Positions 1 through 8,961 of a DNA stretch of 64,000 nucleotides are shown here, piece after piece. The stretch lies in IMG/VR virus record IMGVR_UViG_3300042864_001264. One strand, 5' to 3'. Origin of the DNA: an uncultured virus (IMG/VR IMGVR_UViG_3300042864_001264). Taxonomy: Duplodnaviria; Heunggongvirae; Uroviricota; Caudoviricetes. A program made the translations under genes and the position numbers. The notes under the pieces were generated by a model, which worked only from the letters and a program-made list of their open reading frames with translations, was not told the DNA's origin and did not search any database. The stretch's first letter is position 1. Each line of letters opens with the position of its first letter.

Positions 1-150
1 TAATGCGCTTGCTAAGTCTTGCTCAGCAATTAACATTAGATTCTTTAGTTCACCGTGCATTATATCTAATCCACTAACACCTGCATTAACCAAACGTTGC
101 AAGTGGGGAGGGAGCACAGGGTCTTCCTCTACTTCTGGATAAAATTGCAT
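1..150 (-). CDS. Hypothetical protein, partial (runs off the window edge)
   Basis: ATG at 150 overlaps the upstream stop (TAATG), with CGAAAGG SD at 159-165. The frame reads MQFYPEVEEDPVLPPHLQRLV... and is open to base 1. Confidence 0.7.
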   Translation of the reverse strand, partial: MQFYPEVEEDPVLPPHLQRLVNAGVSGLDIMHGELKNLMLIAEQDLASAL

Positions 151-386
151 TATTCATACCTTTCGCTAGAAGAGTTCATTATATCAGTAGCCACTGACAA
201 TAAATGCCTGGTTGCTATAATCTGTCCATTTAAAGATATGTCTTCAATCTCTAATGACTGATAGTCCTTTGAATCCATGTTATATTCAAACTGAGACATT
301 TCTTCTTGAACCCGTTCAGAATCTTGTTCTAAACTAATTAGATGTAACTTCATATACTCTAGAAATGTACTAGTCTTGGTAGCCAT
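150..386 (-). CDS. Hypothetical early protein (coiled-coil-like)
   Basis: ORF track 150..425; likely start MATKTST at 386 after GAAGGG. Confidence 0.7.
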   Translation of the reverse strand: MATKTSTFLEYMKLHLISLEQDSERVQEEMSQFEYNMDSKDYQSLEIEDISLNGQIIATRHLLSVATDIMNSSSERYE

Positions 387-555
387 CAAAATACCCTTCT
401 GCCCACAGGCCTTGTAAGAAATCATTTGTCTTTTCCAAGCTTTTAACTAATGGCTCCTTGTCGATCAAATCGGACGGGGTCCTAATGTAGAATAACTTAG
501 CGTCATGTACAGCATTAATCATCTCATTGATATCAGACATTTCATAACCTAGCAT
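370..555 (-). CDS. Hypothetical early protein
   Basis: ORF track; TAATG coupling with the upstream gene and GAGGTGG SD. Confidence 0.75.
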   Translation of the reverse strand: MLGYEMSDINEMINAVHDAKLFYIRTPSDLIDKEPLVKSLEKTNDFLQGLWAEGYFDGYQD

Positions 556-704
556 TAATCCACCTCGTATTCATGTAAATAGTTTAGTACATTATGAATA
601 TTGCAATCACAATCTCCACCCATATTATCCATAAAATCTACATGGCCAAAGTTGTCTTGATAGATTGTATTAATTACTTCATTAAATACTTCTGTTTTTG
701 TCAT
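555..704 (-). CDS. Hypothetical early protein
   Basis: ORF track 555..752. Its 5' part is the promoter at 730-751; likely start MTKTEVF at 704 after GAAAAGGTGG. Confidence 0.7.
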   Translation of the reverse strand: MTKTEVFNEVINTIYQDNFGHVDFMDNMGGDCDCNIHNVLNYLHEYEVD

Positions 705-1474
705 GCTTCCACCTTTTCTGTAGATTCCAATAATACCATGTGGGTCTGACATTTTTTCATAGCCTCTTCATCTTGCCAAGAACCTTGGCTACATTCTGAG
801 CAGAATTCTCCACAGTCATCTTCGCAGTAACTTAATGTGTCATAAGATTGGCATGCATAGCAACGATTCTCCCATTCAACTAATTCTTTTACATCACCAC
901 GAACAATCTCATACTCCCCACCCCAGCCTGTTTCCTCCTCGTATTCTAAAGTTAGAACACAGTTAGGAACAAGTAATGATAGTTTAGTTAGAATAGTTAC
1001 AGCAGGTGACCATGCAGTCTCATACTTATATACAACCCAGTTGTCATCGCCATCTGACTTATATTCAAGTAATTCTGTATTTGGATACTCATCTCCGTCA
1101 CGGACGGCTACATCCCATTTAGTTCCCCAGTTGGTGTTATTCCAAGAATACCAATCCTTCTGAGTTTTAGCGTGAGCAATTTCTTGTGCAAACCAATCAG
1201 GGTCTTTTGTATCTGCACCTGAACGTGTTGGCTGGCAGGCATATTCCTCATCAGTAATTCCGTCATCCTTATATGAATGAATGTTGAAGAAAGAAAAAAC
1301 GGGATTAGAATAAGATACCTGTTCAATCTTAGTAGGAAAGCCCATAGAACTAATATCACCCATACCGAATGTCTCTTGTGCTAGAGTAAATGGAGCATTC
1401 AATCTATCTTTAATTGAATCTACTTGGTCCTTCGGACCTTGGATTGTTAATGTGTTATACACCCAATTTGGCAT
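701..1474 (-). CDS. DUF1281/YubB (Api92-like) family protein with a C-terminal Cys-rich tail
   Basis: MPNWVYNTL N-terminus, WYSWNNTNWGTKWD and ETAWSP motifs typical of this family, C-terminal CxxC clusters, AACGAAAGG SD. Confidence 0.75.
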   Translation of the reverse strand: MPNWVYNTLTIQGPKDQVDSIKDRLNAPFTLAQETFGMGDISSMGFPTKIEQVSYSNPVFSFFNIHSYKDDGITDEEYACQPTRSGADTKDPDWFAQEIAHAKTQKDWYSWNNTNWGTKWDVAVRDGDEYPNTELLEYKSDGDDNWVVYKYETAWSPAVTILTKLSLLVPNCVLTLEYEEETGWGGEYEIVRGDVKELVEWENRCYACQSYDTLSYCEDDCGEFCSECSQGSWQDEEAMKKCQTHMVLLESTEKVEA

Positions 1475-1651
1475 ATGAATATCCTTTCGTTGATATGTTC
1501 TAATTATAGACTAGACCACTGACAAATGGAATAGCAAATGGGTGTGAGTCACACCACATTTTTGATCATTGTGGTCGATATCACAGCAAATTCCAGGGAA
1601 TATAATTGACAGTCGTAAAACAAATATGCTACCCTCAAGTCTTTGCGGGCA

Positions 1652-1702
1652 AAAGAATCCCCCTAGGATCAGAGTTGAAGCTGACTAGGGGGTATGAATA
1701 TG
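1652..1702 (-). terminator. Intrinsic terminator
   Basis: On the minus strand, a CCCCCTAG...CTAGGGGG stem followed by ATTCTTTT. Confidence 0.6.
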
Positions 1703-1816
1703 GCTGCTAGATTTCCAACGAAAGAAATAAACCGCTTTACTTAGCACCTGGCCCGTAGACTAATAGATGCACCATTTCATTCTTCATTAAAAACAAGACC
1801 ATAGGTCCTGGTTTAA

Positions 1817-2182
1817 TTATACCATAACTAGCCTACTATATTTATCGACAAATGCGGCTAATGATAAAGTAAATACAACTGTTTGGAGGTCCTCTTCATA
1901 CAGTGTAAACGTTTGTGTGGCCCAATTGATTACAGGAATCTTGTGCTCGTTGTCTAGGATGTGATTAATGCTAAGGCCCCATCCAGTTGTTTGGGCCCAC
2001 TCATCTCCAACTAAATTAGAGATAGCAATACGTGTTGCATATGAAGGGTCCTGCCACCTTGGCTCTGCAGCGCTTACAGCATTGGCTAGTTTTGCTAGCA
2101 TGTCATAGCCCGCCCAGTGTCCATATAGATATAGTGTATCGCCTTTAGAATCTTTAAATCCAAAGTTTGCTCTGTCGCCCAT
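1817..2182 (-). CDS. Conserved phage hypothetical protein
   Basis: 121-aa ORF (MGDRANF...LYLYGHWAG), closely spaced with its neighbour. Confidence 0.75.
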   Translation of the reverse strand: MGDRANFGFKDSKGDTLYLYGHWAGYDMLAKLANAVSAAEPRWQDPSYATRIAISNLVGDEWAQTTGWGLSINHILDNEHKIPVINWATQTFTLYEEDLQTVVFTLSLAAFVDKYSRLVMV

Positions 2183-2183
2183 T

Positions 2184-2378
2184 TTATTCCGCCGTTTCTA
2201 GTTGAGGTATTACTTCTGCCTTATTCAATTCTATCACTTCATACGAGACCTTGTCAAGGCCTGGCTTAAACTTGTTAAAATGATGACCACAGAAAGCAAG
2301 CTCGCCGCTGACCATCTTAACTAAATACATTGCAGGTACTACTGAATTACATTTATCGCAACCGATCCATTCATTCAT
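2184..2378 (-). CDS. Small Zn-finger-like protein
   Basis: CDKC...FCGHH motif. Confidence 0.7.
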   Translation of the reverse strand: MNEWIGCDKCNSVVPAMYLVKMVSGELAFCGHHFNKFKPGLDKVSYEVIELNKAEVIPQLETAE

Positions 2379-2521
2379 AGCGAGCCTCCTTCAATCATTT
2401 CGGAAAGACGGTCAAGAATCCATGAGTCAATGTCATTGATATCAATCTCTGACAACTTCTCCATGATTTCTTCACGAGCAAACTTATACCCGTCGTCCCA
2501 ACCATCTTTATAATCTGACAT
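2375..2521 (-). CDS. Small hypothetical protein (48 aa, not in ORF track)
   Basis: MSDYKDGWDDGYKFAREE...; AGGAGA SD; ATGA overlap with the next gene. Confidence 0.65.
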   Translation of the reverse strand: MSDYKDGWDDGYKFAREEIMEKLSEIDINDIDSWILDRLSEMIEGGSL

Positions 2522-2529
2522 GTTCTCTC

Positions 2530-2733
2530 CTAATATCCTGTCGCTTCTTTTTCTGACCAGTAACTTTCAGTTAGATTGTACTTGTCACGAATGCGACTTA
2601 CTTTCTCAATACTACCAGTTCCGATGTTGAATGTCAACGGTGGAATAAATTCAGGGTCAAGCCCTGTGATTTGTGCATCCCAATAGGCCCTCTCAAGAGA
2701 GAGCCTATCAGGAGCGGTAAGTTCAAAGTACAT
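2530..2733 (-). CDS. Hypothetical early protein
   Basis: ORF track; TAATG coupling. Confidence 0.75.
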   Translation of the reverse strand: MYFELTAPDRLSLERAYWDAQITGLDPEFIPPLTFNIGTGSIEKVSRIRDKYNLTESYWSEKEATGY

Positions 2734-3356
2734 TAGTAGGCACCTTCTTCTACTCTATCAATCTCATGATTATTAACCTGAATCATAGAGTCATATGAAT
2801 CAACAGTTAGATTAGATGAGATAAAGTCTTCAATGGCATCCATATCTCCGCCGATTTCAACTTCGATTGTCATGTCTACACGAACCCATGCAGTATATTC
2901 AATCTCCTTAGTTAAAGGAATGTCAAACATTTCTGCAATAGCAGTCAAAGACTCTTGGTCCTCTGAGTCTTCAAAGTTGTCGTGAATAAATGTACGAAGT
3001 TGTGATTCCTTCTTGAACCACTCGTTCTGCTTTGTTGTAAGATTCTTAAGTTGCCACACCATGTGACGAACATCTGATTCAGTATATGTCTTGTTGGTAA
3101 CTACATCGTTCTCAATCCAATCAAGTGTCATTACCTGTGGTGTTGTTGTTTCCATTTTATCTTCTTTCGTTGGTAGGGGTGAATCTGTATAAGGTATTGT
3201 AGCATCTTCCACTGACAATAATGTGCAATTTGAATTACAACGGCATGTGAGGTCCATCACACCTGCAGGCCATCCATATCCATCTTTAATTGTATATTCG
3301 ATTAGTGCGTCACAGTCGCCCGTGCACACCCAGGTATACTTCTGATAGTTGGTCAT
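2733..3356 (-). CDS. Hypothetical protein with a Cys-rich N-terminus and a probable second in-frame start at 3155
   Basis: ORF track 2733..3398. ATG 3356 lies 7 nt from the -10 at 3363. An internal promoter (3196-3217) and AACGAAAGAAG SD precede ATG 3155. Confidence 0.7.
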   Translation of the reverse strand: MTNYQKYTWVCTGDCDALIEYTIKDGYGWPAGVMDLTCRCNSNCTLLSVEDATIPYTDSPLPTKEDKMETTTPQVMTLDWIENDVVTNKTYTESDVRHMVWQLKNLTTKQNEWFKKESQLRTFIHDNFEDSEDQESLTAIAEMFDIPLTKEIEYTAWVRVDMTIEVEIGGDMDAIEDFISSNLTVDSYDSMIQVNNHEIDRVEEGAY

Positions 3357-3778
3357 AGCGCTATTGTAGCAGGGACCACTGACATTTTTGATTGCCACAG
3401 GCTACAGTTTCTATCTAGACGATCACCAAAAACTCTAATGTAATCTGATATATCCTCAGTCTGATCAGTTAAGCAAGACTTAACAGTATCTACTGAGATA
3501 AAGACACGGCCATTCCATAGACCCATAGGCCCGATGTTTGTAGGTACCTCTAGGCAACCATATGTATCTTGTTCCCAGCCTACTCCTTCAGAACATACGA
3601 GAGCATATTTAGGATCCCCAAATACATTCTTCTCTTCAAGTTCAATAAATAGCAGATTGTCTACTGTGCATTCAGAAAAGTCTGAACTGTATTGTAAGTT
3701 ATATATACCATTTGCAATTGTGGCAAGCTTCTTGCCGTCTACTAGTGTTCCCATGTAGCCTTTAGTTCGTGATGACAT
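3353..3778 (-). CDS. Hypothetical early protein
   Basis: ORF track 3353..3871; likely start MSSRTKG at 3778 after AACGAAAGG. Confidence 0.7.
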   Translation of the reverse strand: MSSRTKGYMGTLVDGKKLATIANGIYNLQYSSDFSECTVDNLLFIELEEKNVFGDPKYALVCSEGVGWEQDTYGCLEVPTNIGPMGLWNGRVFISVDTVKSCLTDQTEDISDYIRVFGDRLDRNCSLWQSKMSVVPATIAL

Positions 3779-3901
3779 TTTATACCTTTCGTTGTTGTAT
3801 ATAGAGTATTGTACACGACCCCACTGACATTTACAATAAATTCCAGGGAAAATCTTTGTGAGTCGTAACACACTTTTGCGCCCCTTAGCATTGCGGGCGC
3901 C

Positions 3902-3978
3902 TGGCGATCCGTACGAGACTTGAACTCGTGACCTCTACCGTGACAGGGTAGCGCTCTAACCAACTGAGCTAACGGACC
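3902..3978 (-). tRNA. tRNA-Asp(GTC) with encoded CCA
   Basis: Minus strand reads GGTCCGTTAGCTCAGTTGGTTAGAGCG-CTACC-CT-GTC-AC-GGTAG-AGGTC-ACGAG-TTCAAGT-CTCGT-ACGGATC-GCCA, a full cloverleaf. Confidence 0.95.
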
Positions 3979-4018
3979 TAGTGGTGAGCAGTTTTAAATC
4001 ATGCTCAGGATTATTTTA

Positions 4019-5026
4019 TTAAAACGCAGAAATTAATTTCTTAATTTTATTTTTTTCTGCGGTTAAGAGTGGGTCAAAACCAGATGCACCAGCCATAAGT
4101 GTTTCTGAATTTCCGCGACCTGAACGATAGTAGTCAAGGCGCTCAGTAAGTGCATTAAATGCACCCCACTTTGTTCCCTTGATATTAGCATTCGTTGGTG
4201 AGTTATGATAAAGTTCATCAAGCAAGACAACCTTATTTTCCCACTTAGTTAGCGCAACCTTAGCCGCATCCTTGTCAGGCTTTGGATAGATTGTCTGAAT
4301 CAACTTTGAGAATTCTGCATCAGTGATTGCTTGATTAAACATCGCTTGTGCTTCTTTCTCAAATTCATCGAAATACCCAAGAGCAAGCCCAAGAGTTTCA
4401 CGAGCAACTTGAATGCGACCTTCAACAGATTGCGTGTGGCGAATCTTGAAAGATTGCTTTGCATTACGCATTGCAAGATTCAATGTATTTTGGCACACAA
4501 CACGAACAGGGGTAACCGCTGCTTGAACGGCAACAGAACCATCGTGTGATGTCCATACGATTAGATATAACTTTGTCGCATCATTAGCGCCTTGTGGGTC
4601 AAGAACCATTGTGCGAGGAATATCGACAGTGCCGAATACAACTTTGCCCTTCTTAAGAGAACCAGCAGATTCCCAACGGCAGTCAGCATTGGCATCGTGA
4701 ATTGCATCAGCGAATGCAAATAGTTCTTCATTCTGCACTGGCTTGTAACGCTTACCAACAGTTGCAAGAACATCAGTTCCGCCATTGAATGGGTTATCAC
4801 GAATCACGAGAGATGCATTAGATACATCATTCCAAGATTCTGAGATGTGGTCGGTTAGTGGAGAGAGGCGAACATTCCAATTTGCCAACTTTGCTTCTTC
4901 AAGCATTAGGCTAGTTGTAACTTCCTCATCCTTTGTGAAAATACGATTTGCAAGATTGTGCCACGCAGGAGCGCCACGCAATGCAAATGCAACTTCGCCG
5001 TTTTCGGTTTCGAGATTGTGAGCCAT
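4019..5026 (-). CDS. DUF932 family phage/plasmid-like protein
   Basis: MAHNLE start after AACGAAAGG; PAWH.L, YKPVQN, ESAGSL..G, SHDGS, TPVRVVCQNTL and GTKWGAFNALTE motifs. Confidence 0.85.
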   Translation of the reverse strand: MAHNLETENGEVAFALRGAPAWHNLANRIFTKDEEVTTSLMLEEAKLANWNVRLSPLTDHISESWNDVSNASLVIRDNPFNGGTDVLATVGKRYKPVQNEELFAFADAIHDANADCRWESAGSLKKGKVVFGTVDIPRTMVLDPQGANDATKLYLIVWTSHDGSVAVQAAVTPVRVVCQNTLNLAMRNAKQSFKIRHTQSVEGRIQVARETLGLALGYFDEFEKEAQAMFNQAITDAEFSKLIQTIYPKPDKDAAKVALTKWENKVVLLDELYHNSPTNANIKGTKWGAFNALTERLDYYRSGRGNSETLMAGASGFDPLLTAEKNKIKKLISAF

Positions 5027-5223
5027 ATATTTATTACCTTTCGTTTGATTAGTTGTAAGTATAACAGGTGCCACTGACATTATCAATAGATAGTTACAAT
5101 ATGTCCGAATTGATCCATGTGACAAATATCACAAAATTCCAGGGATATCCACAGGCAGTCGTAACGCTGTGGATAACCCCTTAGCTTTGCGGGCCAGGCA
5201 CATGTGCGCCTGGTGCTGGATCC

Positions 5224-5478
5224 TTACAGACCCAGCTCATCCCTAGTCAATTGATTCTTTCGATTGAAGTTAATAACTTCGGACGGCAGATAAAGAGCGG
5301 TTGTCTTTGTCTTCTTTAATGTATCGTATACATAAGCACGTACATCACCAAAGAAATTACTTCGGTTTGAAAAAGCCAACTCAGTTAAATATTCTTTGTC
5401 TACACCTTGCTCTGAATAAATTGTTACATCATTCATTTTGTTTGCGTCATAGATTTCTACACGAAAACGATTTTTCAT
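5224..5478 (-). CDS. Hypothetical early protein
   Basis: ORF track; AACAAAGG SD. Confidence 0.7.
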   Translation of the reverse strand: MKNRFRVEIYDANKMNDVTIYSEQGVDKEYLTELAFSNRSNFFGDVRAYVYDTLKKTKTTALYLPSEVINFNRKNQLTRDELGL

Positions 5479-5577
5479 CTTGTTGCCTTTGTTAGTAGTT
5501 GTCCCCGAAGGGAGAGCAGTTTGGCGACTTACTCAGGTCGTTTGGGTTCAGGACTTTAGTTCTGCCCCCCAAATTAT

Positions 5578-5994
5578 TTAGAGATAACGAGCAATTTGCT
5601 TCATAGTAGAAGCATTTACTGTTTCCTCATCTGTCATCTTGAGAATTGTGAGAGCATTTGTGATGTCCTCTACAATTTCATTGTATGAGTGCTGGTGCAT
5701 AACTGTATAATCACGCTCAGGCTCTTTTGGCAAATCCTTTTCGGATACTGTCAAATCAAAGTCAATGTTGAGTGTGTTATTCCAAGAACGATAAGAGGTG
5801 CGAAGGTTCTCTGACTTCTTGATGTTTGCGATTGCATAGTCCTGAAGTTCTTTCTGCCAAGCCTTACGAGCCTTTTCATACTTAGCCTCGTTTGCACCTT
5901 GCTCTGCATAGTCCTTCTTGATTGTTGCTAACTTTGTTTCCAAAGCCTTGATTACCTTTGGTGTTGCCACCTTTACTGTGATTGCTCTTGACAT
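5578..5994 (-). CDS. Hypothetical early protein (helical)
   Basis: 138 aa, AACGAAAGG SD, own promoter at 6031-6052. Confidence 0.8.
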   Translation of the reverse strand: MSRAITVKVATPKVIKALETKLATIKKDYAEQGANEAKYEKARKAWQKELQDYAIANIKKSENLRTSYRSWNNTLNIDFDLTVSEKDLPKEPERDYTVMHQHSYNEIVEDITNALTILKMTDEETVNASTMKQIARYL

Positions 5995-6077
5995 TGTGTT
6001 ACCTTTCGTTGGTTGGTTTGTGTTATGAGTATTATAGCAGGGGGGTCTGACAAATCTGCGACCCCCCTGCCTTTAGA

Positions 6078-6260
6078 TTATACGCCTAGTAGTGTTTGAG
6101 CAGATACGGAAGTCCAACGAGTTTCCTTGTTGGGCATTTCCAATAGCACACGCACCGAGCCAGATGTTTGTGGGTGGATTTCTTTAATCACACCTGTCTT
6201 TTTTGACTTTAGGGTTGTGAATAAATCTCCAACCTGATACAACTTGTCGTTGATTGTCAT
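6078..6260 (-). CDS. Small KOW/SH3-like protein
   Basis: YQVGD...KTGVIKEI...VRVLL pattern; own promoter at 6289-6310. Confidence 0.65.
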   Translation of the reverse strand: MTINDKLYQVGDLFTTLKSKKTGVIKEIHPQTSGSVRVLLEMPNKETRWTSVSAQTLLGV

Positions 6261-6380
6261 TTTTGCCTCTTTTCTTTGTTAGGTTAGTATTGTAGCATTG
6301 GGGTCTGACATTTATCAAGCCCTATCTTACTATTTGAGATACCAAGCGTGTGATTAATCTCACACGCCTGGTTTTGATCC

Positions 6381-6650
6381 CTAGTCCTCGTATTCTGGAA
6401 GCCACGCCTCTAAGTGGTGAGCATCTACGATTGCAGACGCTGGGCATGAAGTCTGCCCACGCCAAGTGATACCTTCTGGAAGATTAATCTCTCGACTATA
6501 CTCCTCATCATAGAATGCATCAATAGCCTCGATGCAAGGTTGCACCATTGATACGGGAACGGGTGGGTAATGATTACCCTGCAAGTGATAAGCAAGTCCT
6601 GCCTCTAATGACAATTCTTCTTCTAATGCTAATGCTGTTGTGTATCCCAT
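6381..6650 (-). CDS. Hypothetical early protein
   Basis: ORF track; HLQGNHYPP and HHLEAWL motifs; TAATG coupling. Confidence 0.75.
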   Translation of the reverse strand: MGYTTALALEEELSLEAGLAYHLQGNHYPPVPVSMVQPCIEAIDAFYDEEYSREINLPEGITWRGQTSCPASAIVDAHHLEAWLPEYED

Positions 6651-6856
6651 TAGTTAGCCACCTTTAGAATTGCCCATGAGCCACCTGCATTAATTTCATC
6701 TAGTGCAGGTTGTAGTGTTGGTGCAATAAGTTCTTTTAGCATTCCTTCTAGCATAGCAATTTGGTCTGCCTTATCAAGTGCCAATAAGCGAGCACCTGTT
6801 GGATTAGTTTCATCTACTTCAGTTACGAAGCGTAGTACATGTTCGATTGTTGTCAT
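6650..6856 (-). CDS. Hypothetical early protein
   Basis: ORF track; AACGAAAGG SD; promoter at 6886-6907. Confidence 0.75.
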   Translation of the reverse strand: MTTIEHVLRFVTEVDETNPTGARLLALDKADQIAMLEGMLKELIAPTLQPALDEINAGGSWAILKVAN

Positions 6857-7277
6857 TTTTTGCCTTTCGTTGTTGGTATAAGAGTATTATAGCGGATGGC
6901 ACTGACATTATCTAATCCATCCTCGGCGTGTCGCAGCTTTTGTGAGAATGATCACAAAATTCCAGGGGTTGTGGATAAGCCCCGTAACCCTGTGGATAAC
7001 CCCGCACTATTGCGGGCTGCATAAATATTCAATACTTTGAATTTTTATGCTTGCGCTTGCGTGTGTATTTTTTTTTATTGCGAACAGGTTGCGCCGCATT
7101 ACTGCGACGCAATTCCTGAATGCGTTTTACTTTTTCTTTAAGGCTCATTTATCCACTCCGCTATCTCTTGTAATTCTTGTGAACATTCACACGCAGAAAT
7201 TTCTATCATGTCCTCATGCTCTACAATAAAAGCAGAGTCATTACATTCCTCGCAATAAATTGCTGACATTTGCAAAA

Positions 7278-7472
7278 TCATTTTTCTACCTTTCCAAATA
7301 CAGTTGTGTAGTTGCTTGCTTCGTGAAATTTTACAACATCAAAACGCGGATTATCTTTTGCAAACATTTCTGCAAAATCATTTACCATTTTAGAAAATAA
7401 AGCGGGGTGCGTTTTGTTGCTTGCATACTTTAGAATTTCTGCGGTTGCGACATAATCTTTACGAGTCATCAT
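7278..7472 (-). CDS. Hypothetical protein, paralogue of 8669..8857
   Basis: Shared MMTRKDYV...F..DN..F...F.EA pattern. Confidence 0.75.
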   Translation of the reverse strand: MMTRKDYVATAEILKYASNKTHPALFSKMVNDFAEMFAKDNPRFDVVKFHEASNYTTVFGKVEK

Positions 7473-7672
7473 TTTGATACGACCAATCCTGTACGATAGA
7501 AATTTTTGGTATACATTTTGCCAGTTGGCGTCATAAGATTTACAGTTGAGTATTCGTTAGCCCAGCCCCAATCAACAAATGAAAGAAATGCGGTGAACGC
7601 TTCTAAGGCGTCTGCATAGTTCTTATTGAAGTGGATAGGCTTGCCGTCATAGGCGACAGTTATTTGATACAT
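7469..7672 (-). CDS. Hypothetical early protein
   Basis: ORF track; ACGAAAGGG SD; promoter at 7702-7723. Confidence 0.75.
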   Translation of the reverse strand: MYQITVAYDGKPIHFNKNYADALEAFTAFLSFVDWGWANEYSTVNLMTPTGKMYTKNFYRTGLVVSK

Positions 7673-7868
7673 AGGTTTTCCCTTTCGTAGTTGTTTAGAG
7701 TATTGTAGCAGAGGGGTCTGACAAATTAGTCAGATTCGGGGGTACTGAATAAGGCTCCCTCATTAAGTAAGCCTAATTCAATGTTAAACATCTCATCTGG
7801 AGTGGCTTCGGATAAATCTACCCAGCCTGCCCCATTTTGATCCATTCTAAAAATTTCAATGTATCCCA

Positions 7869-8033
7869 TTAGTGTTGTTCCTCGCAATCCTTGTCATAGT
7901 CAAATCCGCAAAAGTAGCAACCCATAAACTCTAGGTGCTCGATACAGTAATACTTAAACTGACTTTCATCACAGCAAAAATGTTGCTCATCTGCGATTTC
8001 ATAAAAATCGGTTTTGTCGATTATGTTTAACAT
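7869..8033 (-). CDS. Small Cys-rich protein (not in ORF track)
   Basis: MLNIIDKTDFYEIADEQHFCCDESQFKYYCIEHLEFMGCYFCGF...; AACGAAAGG SD; coupled to a further small ORF ending near 7726. Confidence 0.6.
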   Translation of the reverse strand: MLNIIDKTDFYEIADEQHFCCDESQFKYYCIEHLEFMGCYFCGFDYDKDCEEQH

Positions 8034-8123
8034 AGTTTTCCTTTCGTTAAAAAAATTGGTGAGAGTTCTTACTTACGACATTGGGCGAGAACACTCTCTA
8101 AACTGCCCCTGTTTCGATTTTAT

Positions 8124-8324
8124 TTAATCGGAAGTTTTTACGGCTAAATAACGATAAGTATCTTTAATCGAATTATAAGGTCGAACCTGAACCTTATAAG
8201 TATCGCACTCGGAATACCAAACATCATTATTTTTTTCGGCTGAGATAATTTCTCCCTTAACCGAATTGGACTGATAGGGCTTGCCTACTAAGAGGCTTTC
8301 GACTGTATAAACATTTGCTGACAT
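8124..8324 (-). CDS. Hypothetical early protein
   Basis: ORF track; AACGAAAGG SD; promoter at 8356-8377. Confidence 0.75.
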   Translation of the reverse strand: MSANVYTVESLLVGKPYQSNSVKGEIISAEKNNDVWYSECDTYKVQVRPYNSIKDTYRYLAVKTSD

Positions 8325-8668
8325 GGTGTCCGCCTTTCGTTGTTGTTATAAGAGTATTTTACCAGAACGGACTGACATTTTCACATTACTAGCCAGTAAG
8401 TCCACATAGTAAGACGCTCAAGCCATGTGATAAAGGTCACATAAAAATGTCCGAATTGTCTGTCAAATCGACACGCCGTAAAATTCCAGGGAATTTATAA
8501 CATCTTCATAACGACACGCCCGACCCCGCTCTTTTGCGGGCCAGCTTGACTTTGTCAAGCCGACACGCCGTCAATTATTTAAAATCTTTAAAGATTTCTT
8601 CTAATTGATTTATTTGCTCATCGTTAAGATGATCGATGCTAATTGCATCACCAAAACCAAATGGGTCT

Positions 8669-8857
8669 TTATCGTTCTGCATATACGGCCTCCTTAAATG
8701 TTTCTCTATTAAAGTTTTTATTATCCGTTTCGAATATCTCGCACATGTTATTTACTAGAAACTTTTTAGCCTCTATGCTAAACATATCGGCGGGGAATCC
8801 ATGGTGCATGGAATTAAGTAGATAAGCAAAACGCACATAGTCTTTTCTGGTCATCAT
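8669..8857 (-). CDS. Hypothetical protein, paralogue of 7278..7472
   Basis: MMTRKDYV N-terminus. Confidence 0.75.
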   Translation of the reverse strand: MMTRKDYVRFAYLLNSMHHGFPADMFSIEAKKFLVNNMCEIFETDNKNFNRETFKEAVYAER

Positions 8858-8961
8858 TATTTAGTAGCCTTTCTTACATATTGTGCAAATAGAATGGTTA
8901 GTGCAATAGCAAGAATTAACATCGCTAACGCTTTCGTTTTCATAGTAGTCATCGTATGACA

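Larger units (their letters stand above)
5145..6999. promoter_or_regulatory. DnaA boxes (TTATCCACA)
   Basis: TGTGGATAA at 5168-5176, 6970-6978 and 6991-6999; ATATCCACA (one mismatch) at 5145-5153. All are intergenic. Confidence 0.7.

Noticed and set aside
3742..3963. 73-aa minus-strand ORF
   Set aside because: It overlaps the tRNA-Asp and regulatory spacer, so it is spurious.
7178..7191. TGTGA-N4-TCACA palindrome as a CRP box
   Set aside because: The spacer is 4 rather than 6, and it lies within a probable small coding region.
2449..8323. Other CTGACA hits (2449, 2515, 7263, 8318) as early promoters
   Set aside because: None has TAnnnT at the required 10-nt distance, and three are simply ATG-TCA-G gene starts.
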